Shown in pieces: positions 1 to 11,506 of a stretch of DNA of 57,131 nucleotides (positions are counted from its first letter, which is position 1; the number at the start of each line of letters is the position of its first letter). Position numbers and translations under genes: made by a program. Under the pieces are notes generated by a model. The model was not told the origin of the DNA. It ran no database searches and worked only from the letters and a program-made list of their open reading frames with translations. Source of the stretch: Neophaeotheca triangularis (Eukaryota); NCBI GenBank assembly GCA_054600435.1, contig BAAIJX010000016.1, positions 372,001 to 429,131 on the forward strand. Direction: 5' to 3'.

Positions 1-1802
1 GTTCGCCCTCGTCAGGTTCCCGACAATTTGGACGTACAGGACAGCATTTTGAGCACTAACTGAACGAGGGGAATGAGTCGAATCTCGGTCGCTTTAGCTC
101 AATCGCGATGTGAGAGAAAGAGAGAGGCGAGGTCGGGGTTAGAGGGCAGGCTACTTCACAGCCATCGGACTCTGAAGCAGGCGAAAGCGAGGCGGGTGGT
201 GTCTAAATTGAGGAACATTCGGACGCCGAATTGTGCGCTGAACGTCAGGAGGCTTAATTCTCTGAAAGGGGCAGTAGATTTGGTGGCAGCATCTGGAACA
301 TGGCAGGAATGTGAGCAAACCCGCAAGCAATTTCTGGACGCTGTGAGCATCCGTAGCCCTCAAGACACTTGGCAACCACTCAAAACCTTTTTATGTGATT
401 GGAACCAGAGGAAGGCTTTGGTAAAAAGTATGGCTTCTACCTAGGTACCGCCGCCCTAGCGACTAGCTTAATCGTCTTTTGTAGTCCGCTGTCGAGACTT
501 CGAAGCAAGTCTGGTACCCTCAACGATCAATCTCTTCAGTTACTGTACATGGGTTTATGATTTGCGGAATGGCAAAATCGAGTCAGATTCACTCCCAAAC
601 TCCAGTTCTTTTCTCTTTTCAAGCCACCGGCCCAAGTTGTTCTGACATCGAATCCACTGAAGTTTTCTCTTCGCCGAGATACTGTCGAACATTGGCCAGA
701 TCCATGATAAAGCCATGGCCGTAATTCTACCTAGGTAAAACGAGCGGTTGAGATCGGTATCGAGGACCCCAGAATCCGACACCGGATCATTCTACAATGA
801 CCGCTTGACTTACATACTTTCGACCGATAGCGAAATTGTTCTGAAATGCGTCAAGGCTCGAAGACCTTTATATCGAACTTTGAAGTAGGCTGAAAGTCAG
901 GGGAAGCAGAAGCTCTGATTTGACAAAGTAAGAGGGCGAACTGCGCCAAGACTTCATGAGGTGACGATGACTGCTAAACAATATATTCAATTTCCTGCCA
1001 GGCACTTATAAATCTGCCCAAGAGGCGCAGTCGGTATGTTCGCCCTACTAAACTTCCCAATCCGGACGCTAGCTGACTCAATCCAGATCCAACTCCCCTA
1101 TCCCTCAATAGACTTGGGTTCAATTCCCCGTGGCAGCGCCCGTCCCCTTTCTCAGTTACGACGTTAAATTAGCGACTGAGACGTCGTGCAGTTCACCGAC
1201 GTATAAGTACAACTGCGAAAGCTAAACCAATTCTCCATCGAATGAGTTCACTTTCCCTCTAGTGCGTTGTTCTTAGAGGCTTTCTTTTTGCCCTTTTTGG
1301 ACAAGTATGGCTTTGGGCAGTAATAGCATCTTTTCTGCGAGATTGATTGAGTGAACTCACTGGGCTCACTTAAAAGGACATGATGTTTTCCACGTATATC
1401 ACTAGCTTTACGAGGAGCCAGGACCGATTGTTCGGAAGCAGAGCCTGAACACACAGCAAAACCTGGGCGCTAGCATAGAGAAGATCCGTGTCAGTTCCCT
1501 AACGTCTGGTGAGCACCTCTATACTTCGTCCAGTCCGCTCTACGATAGGGATCATGAACCTTGGTGCCCTTACAAGTTGGTGGAGAGACCGAGTCGCAGG
1601 GCCAACTCGCCGGGATCCGAGCAATCCATCCAATCGCTAGCTCCCCATGCTTGAGGCCTCACCTAACTCATCGCCTCAGCCCCTTTCGTCACCCGGCGCT
1701 CGAGCAAATGCTCTGACCACTTCCGCTTCATAAACAACTTCTTCCCTGCACACTCACATTTCAAACTTTACCGACTGCGGACACTCTGCAATCAAAATCA
1801 GG

Positions 1803-2756
1803 ATGTCTTCCAAGCGCTCTGCCGACGGCATTGAACCCAAAAGCCCCAAGCGCTCTTCGTATAAGCACCATTTCATGCTTAAGTGAAGCGAAGTACAGAG
1901 CGCAACTGATCGCAAAAAGAACATTATAATTCTTGCGCTTCCGACTCGCTTGAAAAACACCTCATCAACCAGAAGCCGGCACATGACAATTTGAACAAGA
2001 ACATGGACTCCAAAAGGAAATTCAAGGACTCCAACTGAAAAAAGCCCCAAAGCCCCAACGTCACGATGCTCGGTGTGAAAGCAGACTTGCAACGCGGACC
2101 AGCGTTGGTCGAGGAACCTAAGGCCGAGTAAAAAGCACAGGAGGAACGCGACAATCGCCTGTTTCGGAAGCAACGCGAGTGGTTTGTCCAAGTCAGTAAG
2201 AGCGACAAAGCTTCGCGAAAGACGTGCACCAAGCTCCAGGCCAGGCGGAAAGCGCATGAGGAGCGGAAAGTCAAGCTCGTCCGGCTGAAGGTCGAGGTCA
2301 AACCAGTTGCGGAATTCGATCGGATCTTTGGACTTGATCATCGGTAGTCTCTGGAAGACGGTCGTGGAGCAAAGAGACACGCATGTTGAGGAGGAAAAGG
2401 GGTTAAGGGAGAGGATTGCGGTGTTGGAGGCCGATGTTGGGGAGGGAAAGGGGAAGGACAAGAGGATTGCGGGATTGAAAGCGCGGCTGAAGGAGGGGCA
2501 GGCGCGGGCTGAGGAGGGCAGGGAGAAGGATGAAAGGATTCGGAGTTTTGGGGACGATTGGAGGGTGCGGAGGCGGAAGTCGAGGCGAGGTGGAGGGAAG
2601 AGAGTAGTGTTGACTTTGGGAGGGGGAAGGTTGTTGAGAGCATGGAGGCCGAAACGAAGGCAAGTCTGGAAGAGGAGTAGAGGGGTGGCGGTGGATGGGG
2701 GTGTTTGGGGGTTTTCTTCGGCGGTAAAGAGTCGATTTGCGTGGGAAAGGGGATAG
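1803..2756 (+). pseudogene. Disrupted coiled-coil protein gene (probable pseudogene)
   Basis: ATG at 1803 (MSSKRSADGIEPKSPKRS...) is followed by in-frame stops and frame changes. Charged helical segments continue in shifted frames (KAQEERDNRLFRKQREWFVQVSKSDK...; VVEQRDTHVEEEKGLRERIAVLEADVGEGKGKDKRIAGLKARLKEGQ). No splice signals found that would remove the stops. Confidence 0.5.
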
Positions 2757-3470
2757 GGGTTTGCTTTCCATTGTCGGTTTTGGCGGGGTTCTCGGAGAGC
2801 TGTTGGTCTACTGGAGGTCTCGCCGATCATGTATGCACATGATGGACTTGATTCTGTGGTTTCGCGAGCCAACAAGATCAAAGAAGGCCGGAAGCGTTAT
2901 TTGCCTGGCGTGGTCCATACTTAGGCTTTTCTTTTGCTTGTTGTCAATAACGCATCGATCAGCCCATGGTCCCGTGCTGGCCAGTTGAATCCATGCGGCC
3001 GATTTCTTCTCAATCCATACACCTGGCAACCAACACAGTCCATAGTGAGCTGATCCAAACATCAAGCATCTCCTTCTCAAAGCACTCATATTTGTGAAGA
3101 GACAATACTGAGGAAGGCGGGGGGCTACAAGGGTATCTCATTTTTCACATTTCTCGCGCTAATGCTGCAGAAAACAACAGCCCATCCTCGCCCATGTCAC
3201 CCAAACGGGCAGCGTCTTCAAAAGAACATGCTGGGCTACGAGTTTTCGCTCATGGGTCTGGACCTGCTTTTCCTTCCCTCTAGGCTTGCAGATCCCGTAA
3301 ACGTCATCCTCACGAGCGAGCGCAGCGCTGTCAGAGTTTAGTCTTCCATCAGCTGGTGTGCTGCCAGAACCCTTCGTAGAGTTCTCCCTTTTCACTCTCC
3401 ACCAGCCAAAACAGGCCTTGGTTCCCACATCAGCAGGTGCCCACCGGCCTAAAATTTTGGGAAAGAATAC

Positions 3471-4165
3471 TCACTCTTCACCCTCCTCGTCGTCATCGTC
3501 TTGCGCAAAGGGGTTCTTGATGGGGTGGTAGTTTTTGGTCGGGGCGATGAGCGTGAGCATCGTGCCGCGGACGACGAGCAAGCCTAGGCGACGGGTGGTG
3601 GTGTTGCCTTCGTCGTCTGCAAGATGGGTAGAGGTGGTTAGAGTTGGGCTTGGTATGAAAGGAGAGACAAATGCTCTTTTTCTGTGGGTAACGAAGGCGC
3701 CGAGTTGGATATACCAGTTTTGCGTAGAATTTGCCACGGCGTGGCACGGGCGGAATTGGTGTAGGGCGGTCGTCTTACCTTGCAGCATCTCCTTGGTATC
3801 ATCCAGCACCAGACTCATGAGCGTATCGTAACCCTTGAGGATGCCCGTGACTGCGCGCCAAAGAATGGATCAGCAAAAACTCCTCACATCCCTCGCAAAC
3901 CCCACAATCTATTCATCCACTGCCCTCCATCACATGCATCCACCCCGCAACTCTCAAGAAACAAAAACTCACCCTGACGCCCTCCGGAAAACTTGATCAA
4001 CAGCTCCTGATTCATAAACTTCTCCAAATCCATAATTGGCTGCTTGGTAGGCCTCTCGCTGGCTTCACCTGCCGCTCCGCCACCACGGCCTCCGCGGCCT
4101 CCTCCGCCACGGCCACGTCCGCCGCGGTCACCACGACCACCCCGGAACTGTCCACGTTCGGCCAT
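3471..4165 (-). CDS. LSM7: U6 snRNA-associated Sm-like protein Lsm7 (3 exons: 4165-3973, 3850-3779, 3616-3471)
   Basis: RGG-rich N-terminus, IMDLEKFMNQELLIKFSGGRQV-TGILKGYDTLMSLVLDD (Sm1), LGLLVVRGT (Sm2) and IKNPFAQ tail. Introns GTGAGT..GCTGAT..CAG and GTAAGA..CTAAC..CAG keep the frame. Confidence 0.9.
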
Positions 4166-4929
4166 TGGGAGGGATGTGGAGATTTAATGGATTTAATAAG
4201 GAGTGACTGGTGTGTGTGGGCTGTTGGAGGAAAGGCGTGGGGGTTTTGGCCTTGCGGAAGAATTGGTGGGTGGGTGGGATGGCTGGCGCAGGCGCAAAGT
4301 GGGAGGTGAGGTTGTTTGGGTATGGGGCGGGATGTTATAATAAACACCGATTTACAAAATGATATTATTAAAGGACGTAATTGGCTAAAAGACGGGATAG
4401 GGTATAAGGTACAAGTAGCAATCCTCAAGTGAAAACGAATAGAATGCAGTGACAGCCACACTGGCGCGTCAGCCGGCCTTCGGCATACCTGCTTTCCGCG
4501 GTTCCGTGCGGCCATTGGTGGGGCAGCGGGGCGGAAAAGGTCGCATCTCTTTCACCGACAACAACGACAAGCCTAACCTATCCTTACCTTATCCTTCGCC
4601 GGGTTAAGCACTACAAAGTGACGCGAATGTGTAGACTCTACTTTTGTTCAGATACCTACCGGTCACTTCCTCCGGTAAGTCGATGCATGGAAAAATACAA
4701 GTCGCAATGTAATGGCGCCATGGACACCGGGTGGCGCTGGTGATGGAGGCGGAGGGTATTTCCGCCCGCCGGAGGAAGCCTGGTTCGCCCGCGAGTTGCG
4801 ACCTGCAGCCAGCCCCCCGTCGTCTCTTCTCTCCTCTCCTCTCCGCTTCTCTCTCCTCCCTCCCATCCTTCCCTACCCCCGCCCCTATCTCGTCTCTCGC
4901 AACGTCGCAACATTGATTTCCACGACACC

Positions 4930-7137
4930 ATGGAGCAACCCGACGCATCGGTGGTAGACAGGAAACGACCTCGCTCGCCAAGTTCCTCAGCGACACCCTC
5001 CCAGGCACCAGCTGCCAAATCAGCCAAAGCGAACCCACCCGGCAGCAACACCAACACCAACACCAACACCAACACCAACACCAACGCAACGACGTCAAAC
5101 TCGAACTCATCCATGTCGATCAACTACCTCGCCCGCCATTCACCCCACGATCTTCCCCTGATCGATCCCTCCTACTCCACCCTCCCGGCCCTTCTATCGC
5201 TACTAGGCAACTACACCACCATCCTTGATCGACACGAGTCCTTGGCGTCAAACCTGGGGGCCCGACCACTCGGCCCGATCTTGATCAAAAGGTTTGAACG
5301 GTGCTTCGACGCACCTCCTCTGGTCGTAGCCTCCCACCACAAAGGCGCCGGCAGCGCAGCACCAGCCACCAATGAGGATGTAGCCCGAAGCGGGAGCGTT
5401 AGCTGGATGGAGGTTATCGAATTTGCCCGCTCGCACTCATCGCAGTTCACGCTTTCTTCCTTCTCCGAAGGTCGACGTGTGTGTCAGTTTTATTACCCCA
5501 CCAAGCAAGTGCGTGTGCAAATCTCGGAAGAAGATTTTCTATTCATCAATTCCGGACGCTGTCAAGAGCTCATTCCGCCTTTGCCGATTTGGGAGGATGA
5601 AGAAAAGGAGGTCGCGACTTGCGAGGTGCTGGAGGAGAGGCTCAAGGAAGTTACACAACTCGCCGACATGGTGGCCGCAAGGACTAGACAGGTCGGACAT
5701 CGCTTGAAAGGGAGAAGGCAGGCCGTGGCTGGTAGGAGAAAGGAAGGTGGCGGTGGGACACCTGCGAAAGTACCCGGAGGCGCTGGAGGAGGCTTTGTGG
5801 CTGTGAACGGCTCGGGTGGTGGAGAGACTAGTAACAATGGTAACGGCGGCATCAGCGTGACGAGCTCAGCAGCTATAAGGGGCGAACTTCTCAAGCACTT
5901 TGAAAGCTTGCCACATAATCAGCAACAAGCGCGGCCAACTTCCCGCCATCTAAGCAACCACGCCACAACGGAAGTTGCCTCTCAACCAGCCCGAAACTTC
6001 GAGTCCACCACTACAGCTCTACCAAGCAATAATAACGCATCATCTAATCAACCGCAACCCACAACCGGTAGCGGGGCCGGAGGCCCACCGTCCACGGCAT
6101 CTTCCCTCTCTCCTGCGCCTCCAAACCTCTTTCCTGACCCGGCACCCTCTACCACAACCCCCAACCCCAAGCCTGCCAACTCCAATTCCAACCTCAAACA
6201 CAACTTCTCGAGGCCTCTTCCCCAAGCTCTCGAATCCTCCCAACCCTTTCGCCCCTTGTGTCAATCCCACATGGACTCCCTAACGCGTGGCACAAGAGTC
6301 ATGCCACCTTGCGACCGCTGCCGGAGATTGCGCATGGATTGCGTCAAGAATCTGACAAGCTGTGCCGGGTGTACGAAGAAGCATGCGCGGTGTCACTGGC
6401 GGGATGTCGGTAGGGAGGAAGTAGAGGAGTTGGACCGGCTAATGAACGGAGGTGAAGGGGGGGAAAGCATTTTCGAAGACGGCGGCGAAAATGGAGATGG
6501 TGGGGGTGAGGGTAATGGGTACGGTGGTAGTAGGGACTTTTACGGTCAGGGCGACCGCAGAGGTGGGTTTGGTGAAGACGATGCCTTTTTGCGATCGCTG
6601 GATGCTGGGGATGATGATGATGAGGATGATGATTCTAACCCCCTGGAGGATTTGGATAAGATTGGAGAGCAAGAGGAGGTTTTGGTGGAGTTGGTCGAGG
6701 ATGAGGAGGGGTTGCGGAATGCCAGAGAGTTGAGCCGAGCTGCGAGGGCGTTGGTCGAGGAGGACGAGGGCGGTGATGGCAGAGTGGAGAACGTTGAAAT
6801 GAAGGAGGTCGGGGCTGTAGAGGATGGCCCGGATGGTCGACTGCATCAGAGCGGAGAAGAGAAGAATGCGGTTGACGGATCTTCCCTCAACCAGGCGAAC
6901 GCAATGAACCATGTGACAAACGGCTCGGACACCCGCTACGGGGATGCTGGACCCGCGACTTCTCCCTCTCGAACACAACACGCACACGGTTCTAACGCTC
7001 CCCTTTTTGCTAAGGCGACTTCCCCAGCTCCTGTTCACGGTGCCGCGGATGAGGGGGGAATATCCGGCTCAGCTGGTGCTGCGACAGTGGCGCCTGCTAC
7101 CATGTCTACAAGTGGTTTCAGGGCGGTCAATGGTTGA
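4930..7137 (+). CDS. Fungal protein with internal Zn(II)2Cys6-like binuclear cluster, 735 aa
   Basis: Single ORF with Kozak-like CACCATGG. CDRCRRLRMDCVKNLTSCAGCTKKHARC (6310-6393) fits C-x2-C-x6-C-x6-C-x2-C-x6-C. N-terminal RKRPR NLS and acidic C-terminal tail. Confidence 0.85.
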   Translation: MEQPDASVVDRKRPRSPSSSATPSQAPAAKSAKANPPGSNTNTNTNTNTNTNATTSNSNSSMSINYLARHSPHDLPLIDPSYSTLPALLSLLGNYTTILDRHESLASNLGARPLGPILIKRFERCFDAPPLVVASHHKGAGSAAPATNEDVARSGSVSWMEVIEFARSHSSQFTLSSFSEGRRVCQFYYPTKQVRVQISEEDFLFINSGRCQELIPPLPIWEDEEKEVATCEVLEERLKEVTQLADMVAARTRQVGHRLKGRRQAVAGRRKEGGGGTPAKVPGGAGGGFVAVNGSGGGETSNNGNGGISVTSSAAIRGELLKHFESLPHNQQQARPTSRHLSNHATTEVASQPARNFESTTTALPSNNNASSNQPQPTTGSGAGGPPSTASSLSPAPPNLFPDPAPSTTTPNPKPANSNSNLKHNFSRPLPQALESSQPFRPLCQSHMDSLTRGTRVMPPCDRCRRLRMDCVKNLTSCAGCTKKHARCHWRDVGREEVEELDRLMNGGEGGESIFEDGGENGDGGGEGNGYGGSRDFYGQGDRRGGFGEDDAFLRSLDAGDDDDEDDDSNPLEDLDKIGEQEEVLVELVEDEEGLRNARELSRAARALVEEDEGGDGRVENVEMKEVGAVEDGPDGRLHQSGEEKNAVDGSSLNQANAMNHVTNGSDTRYGDAGPATSPSRTQHAHGSNAPLFAKATSPAPVHGAADEGGISGSAGAATVAPATMSTSGFRAVNG
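5047..5085 (+). repeat. (AACACC)n coding microsatellite encoding an NT dipeptide run
   Basis: About 6.5 perfect copies inside the Zn-cluster gene. Confidence 0.95.
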
Positions 7138-8053
7138 TTGCCTGCATTGACGGTATCCAGTCCTCCATATGAGCAAAGCCGAGCGGCATTAAGTGCAAGG
7201 AGCGGGAATGGAAATGGAAACGGAAAGAAATGTTGACAATGGCATTGGTGGAGTTTGAGGGCTGTGCTGGTTGCGAGGTACAAGATCAAGAGTAGCATTT
7301 TGGCTGCAAGTGTCTGGTTCCACGCTGCTATTGTGATCGGTTCTGTTGCTCGCGAGTTTGCGGGCACGAGCAGTGGAAAGTGATGCTGTCGGTCATGTCG
7401 GTTGTGAAGTGTAGTCGTACGGGAGAATGCAGCACTTTCAGAGTCAGTCGAGTGAGTCGCGTGTACTTTTCTCTTGCCTCTTATTTCTTCTTTTGATCGG
7501 GACATCAGTCAGAAGAAAGTCTAACATGAGAGAGTTGTTGCCGCGTTGGCTATATTCCTAGGTAGGACTGGTGCAATAGCTGTAGCACCCGTCTCTTCTC
7601 CGCTCATAAGCGTGCAGGGGAAAACGGACTTCCTCCTACTCGACTAGATGCATGCCCTTGTTGATACCGGATGGGTCGCGGATTTCTCAATGGTTATTGG
7701 TCAGCCGCCTAGGAGGTGATGAATCTTCGTGACAGTCGTTGCTTTTATTTCGTCATGTAATACTGGTGGTGGACTACAATGTCTTCTACAGCTGCAAGAT
7801 CTGGTTTACTAAATAGATTGGCGAAACCCCTGGACACTCTCCAGCGACTTGGGCAACCTAAACAAGAAACCCCTGGCACAGCAACGATCGCAAAGCCTCA
7901 TTGCGACGCCTGCTCAGCTCCTCGATCAGTAGCGCGTTCCCTGGTCCTAGCTTCGCTCAAATACTCAAGGTCGTGCCGTTCAGCAGCCGACTCTCAACTC
8001 GCTCATCCTTCCTTTCACTAACACATCGAAGCGATGGAGCAGCTCGGAACCTT

Positions 8054-9364
8054 CTACATCCCCCTACCACTCACGTCCCCAAACCTCTCCCCGATGTTCA
8101 ACACGGCTCGCGCACAGCCCATCATTCCACTGAATGCTTTCGCAGCCGCAGTAGCCGCGTGAGCTTTGTCGAGAAGTCGCTCGTAGTGGGCTCTCATGGC
8201 TGCGAGTTCGCTTGCGTGGTCGGCTTGCTCGTCGGCTTCTTCGAGGGTGAGGTCGAAGATGCGGGGTTTGCGGACGGTGTGGGAGTAGAGGACCTCGTTG
8301 TCGGAGGAGGGGTTTGGAGCAGGGCTGGGGCAGGTGTTCGCATTGAAGCTGGAGCTGGGCGTGATTGGGCACGTGGGTAGTTTGAGTGGGCTGGCTGCTT
8401 GAGAGGGGGTTGTGGAAGTCTGAGGGGGAATGGCGGTGGATGGGGAGCTCTGCACTATCGTGTCCAAGCGCTGGAGAAAGGTTGTCCAAGACTTGGTGGT
8501 TGAGTCCGTGGTGCCTTTTTGAAGGTCTTTGATGCTGTCGAAGTACTTCATGCAAATATCCGCGGTGGCATCCTTGTATTTGGCGTCCAAGGAGGCTGTG
8601 ACTTCGGCATCGAGATCAGTTGGAACGACTTGTCGGACATAGCTGACACGCTTAAGATTCATGTAACGAATGAGCTCTCGTGTTAGTTCTTCAGCGCGCT
8701 TGAGAGCGGAAGTCGAGGTCTCGTTGGTGTCCTTGCGGACGCGAAAAACGCCGTCTTTGACCGAATTCAAGAAGCGTGAAGACAGGGAGACTTCGCGGCC
8801 AAAGGGGGGACCGGCAGTGGTCGAAGGGGAAATAGCGTCAGGGGGAGCTACTACTGCCTTGAGGCGTTCAAGCTCGGCAGACTTGGCCTCCAACTCCTTT
8901 GCGAGATCATCACGGTCCTTAGCGGCAGCAGCTTGGCCTTTTTCGGAGTTGGCAAGAGACTCCTTGGCTTGTTCAAGCTCCTTTTCCAGATCCGAGATCG
9001 TTCCTTCCTGCTCTAGTACCTGGTGACGAGCTGTGACAAGCTTCTCGGTCGTTTCGCTCCAGCCTTCTTGGTCAATTTTCATATCGATTCTGAGCTTCAT
9101 GTTCTCGATCTGCGCATCCTGCACCCTTCTTTCCTTGGCCAAGATGGCTTTATCGTAGGTCTCTTTGAGCTTGTCTCGCTCTTCTCCGGCCTTGTCTTTG
9201 GGCTCCGTCTTGTCGTTGCTTTCGGCACTCAAAGGTGCTGGAAGGGAGTTGGTGAGGCTACGTTGAGACTTCGAGGCCAAAGAACGTGATTTCTTCGATG
9301 GCGTAAGGGTACCTTCCATAGCGGCTGGGTTCAGGCGTTTCTTGGACTCCATGGTGGTTGCCAT
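8054..9364 (-). CDS. Orphan coiled-coil protein, about 436 aa
   Basis: Long ORF, first ATG at 9364. Heptad-like charged segments (ISDLEKELEQAKESLANSEK...LAKELEAKSAELERLK), basic N-terminus KKRL...TPSKKSR, SIM-like RIFDLTLEE. Confidence 0.75.
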   Translation of the reverse strand: MATTMESKKRLNPAAMEGTLTPSKKSRSLASKSQRSLTNSLPAPLSAESNDKTEPKDKAGEERDKLKETYDKAILAKERRVQDAQIENMKLRIDMKIDQEGWSETTEKLVTARHQVLEQEGTISDLEKELEQAKESLANSEKGQAAAAKDRDDLAKELEAKSAELERLKAVVAPPDAISPSTTAGPPFGREVSLSSRFLNSVKDGVFRVRKDTNETSTSALKRAEELTRELIRYMNLKRVSYVRQVVPTDLDAEVTASLDAKYKDATADICMKYFDSIKDLQKGTTDSTTKSWTTFLQRLDTIVQSSPSTAIPPQTSTTPSQAASPLKLPTCPITPSSSFNANTCPSPAPNPSSDNEVLYSHTVRKPRIFDLTLEEADEQADHASELAAMRAHYERLLDKAHAATAAAKAFSGMMGCARAVLNIGERFGDVSGRGM

Positions 9365-10019
9365 CGATAGGTTTCTCCAGTTCTCAACAATAGCGAAGCG
9401 TAACAATGGGAGTCAAGTCAGTGAAGTGGCTCCAAAACAAGTTGTACGACCAAACCCGTCCTCACTTCGCGATCCTCACTTCGACATCCTCACCCAGGCA
9501 GTAGCAATTGCAGCCCTGTGCGAGTGAACCATCGCCTGGCGTGAGCCTCAGACCAATGCAATGAGAACCATTTGCTCATAAACTTCACTTGATGGCCAGA
9601 GGAGGTGCCTAATTTCGAAACCGTTCATACTCTGTATGTAAGTAAATGCTACCGATCGTTCCTGCCACGCAGAGGGACCTCAGGGGCATTCAAGCCTCCT
9701 AGGTCGTGCCATTTGCTTCTCTTGGCTCTTCGCTCGTCGCTGAAAGCGTGACCTAGGCTTCTCCAAGGCGACCCGTTGCCTTTGCATCGTCATGACGACC
9801 GGGCGAAGCCCTTTTTTTGGAGAGGCTCGTTTGCTTCTCTCGAGCTCGCGGTCTGGGTTTTGGACGCATTTACCATCCGAGTGAAATTAAGGCGTTCTCT
9901 GACCTGAAAGTCCCGGAAAAGGGGGTACAAGGTCCGAAGTCGATTTGGAGGAAGCTTGCCATCCCCAAGCCAGGCCCAGATACCATCGACCCATATCTTA
10001 TCGAGCAAGAGCAAATGCT

Positions 10020-11018
10020 TCACCGCTCCTCAACTGCACGACCTTGATACAGAGATTCCCCTCCCATAGCCTCCCTCAACCCGACATCCCCCTGAATATT
10101 TCCTTCTTCAACATCTCCCTCTTCAACGCCCATAGCCATAAGCTCATCCGAAGCACTAGCAAGCTTCTCCCAAGCCAAAGCCCGACGCTTAGCCACCGCG
10201 TTCTTCCTCTTTCTCAAACCTTCCCTCCTGTTCAAATAAGCCGTGAGACGTTGCTCGGTGGCCTTCTTATACGCATCCAACTCAGCTTCGCATTCGTCCC
10301 GAATGAGCTTTTTCTCAGCATCTATCCTCGTCTGCAGTGCCTTGAGCTCGTTGTTCCGGGCAGCGTGGAGCTTCGCGATCTCGTTGGAGTGCTGGGTAGC
10401 GAGCTTGTGGAGAGTCTTGTCGTGTTCCGAGCCGGTACGCTTCTTTCCAGCCGCGTGTCTTCCCAGCGTGGCCTTTTTCTCGCATTGGAATTTAAAATGC
10501 AATTCTTGAAGGGCAGTCGATGATGCTGCTTTGACTTCTTCGAGAGCTTTCTCCATCGCTTCCTCCCCAGCTGCAAGCTTTGCCGCGCTGGTCTTGCTCT
10601 GCTCGTCGAGTTGGGAGCGCAAGGTGTTGATTGTGATGGTTTTGGTCTCCAGTTCCTGGTCCAATTCATTGTTTCTAGATGTCGCATGTGCGGCCTTCCT
10701 TCCTATTGCCACCATCTCGTTTCGCAAAGCGACAGTCTTCGCGGCCTGTTCTTCATATTGCAACTTACATTGAACTATAGCGCGGTCGCAATGCTCTGCG
10801 TGCTTCTTGGAGGCCACAAGATCGCTCTCCAGGCGCCTGATGGTCCTTGTAATGGCGCTGATGTGGGCCATTGCGTGAGTTTCCATGTCTTGGGAAGACA
10901 CGGTGTTAGCGAAGTACGTGATAGATCGAGGAAGGTTGGCGAACCGCCGAACAACTGTTCCTTCTTGACTCGCACCTACAGCTATCCCTAGGATAGTGTT
11001 GCTTTCGCCTGAAGTCAT
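10020..11018 (-). CDS. Orphan coiled-coil protein, about 300-330 aa (possible 87-nt intron 10975-10889)
   Basis: Continuous ORF of helical, charged composition. Candidate intron GTGCGA..GCTAAC..CAAG is 3n and stop-free. Basic RKRKNAVAKRR near the C-terminus. Confidence 0.7.
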   Translation of the reverse strand: MTSGESNTILGIAVGASQEGTVVRRFANLPRSITYFANTVSSQDMETHAMAHISAITRTIRRLESDLVASKKHAEHCDRAIVQCKLQYEEQAAKTVALRNEMVAIGRKAAHATSRNNELDQELETKTITINTLRSQLDEQSKTSAAKLAAGEEAMEKALEEVKAASSTALQELHFKFQCEKKATLGRHAAGKKRTGSEHDKTLHKLATQHSNEIAKLHAARNNELKALQTRIDAEKKLIRDECEAELDAYKKATEQRLTAYLNRREGLRKRKNAVAKRRALAWEKLASASDELMAMGVEEGDVEEGNIQGDVGLREAMGGESLYQGRAVEER

Positions 11019-11506
11019 GGAGGCGGCTAAAGGTTGCTACTATAACAGCGTCGAGGTCGTCTGATTAGATGTGGTTTCTGTGTGGTACTTGTATGGTATG
11101 TTTGATGGAAGTGATGGCCTCAGTAGGAGATAGTTAATGCAGATGTGTCAAAGAGAGTGATGAGAAGGAAGGCAGGATGTAGAAGCATCGACAGCCCCTT
11201 AATATACCTCTCCTAGCCATCACGTGGTAGATGACATGGCCGCGTACACGCGAAGAGCCACGTGGCCATACGGATATCATGCATTTGTTCAATGGCCCCC
11301 TGTCCGCCTAACTGCAGCCTACGAGGAGCCAACGCATAGTGGAGGCCAGTCTTATGTGGAACGAGTGAAGGCACTGAAAAAAGATCCGAGATGGTTCATC
11401 CTAGAGCCTGAGGAAGAGTCGCCGATTCATACAACCGCCCTTGGTCACGCTCCCCTTACCGTGCCTTGCATCTCTCACCCGTAAAAGCCGCCGGGCTCGA
11501 ACCCTT

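Noticed and set aside
73..1454. Short ORFs (73-444 +, 555-782 -, 1248-1454 -) as genes
   Set aside because: No recognisable motif and no consistent splice model. Possibly relics, but unsupported.
1754..2881. 375-aa minus-strand ORF
   Set aside because: Antisense shadow of the purine-rich disrupted coiled-coil gene; non-ATG start and L/F/S/P-rich composition.
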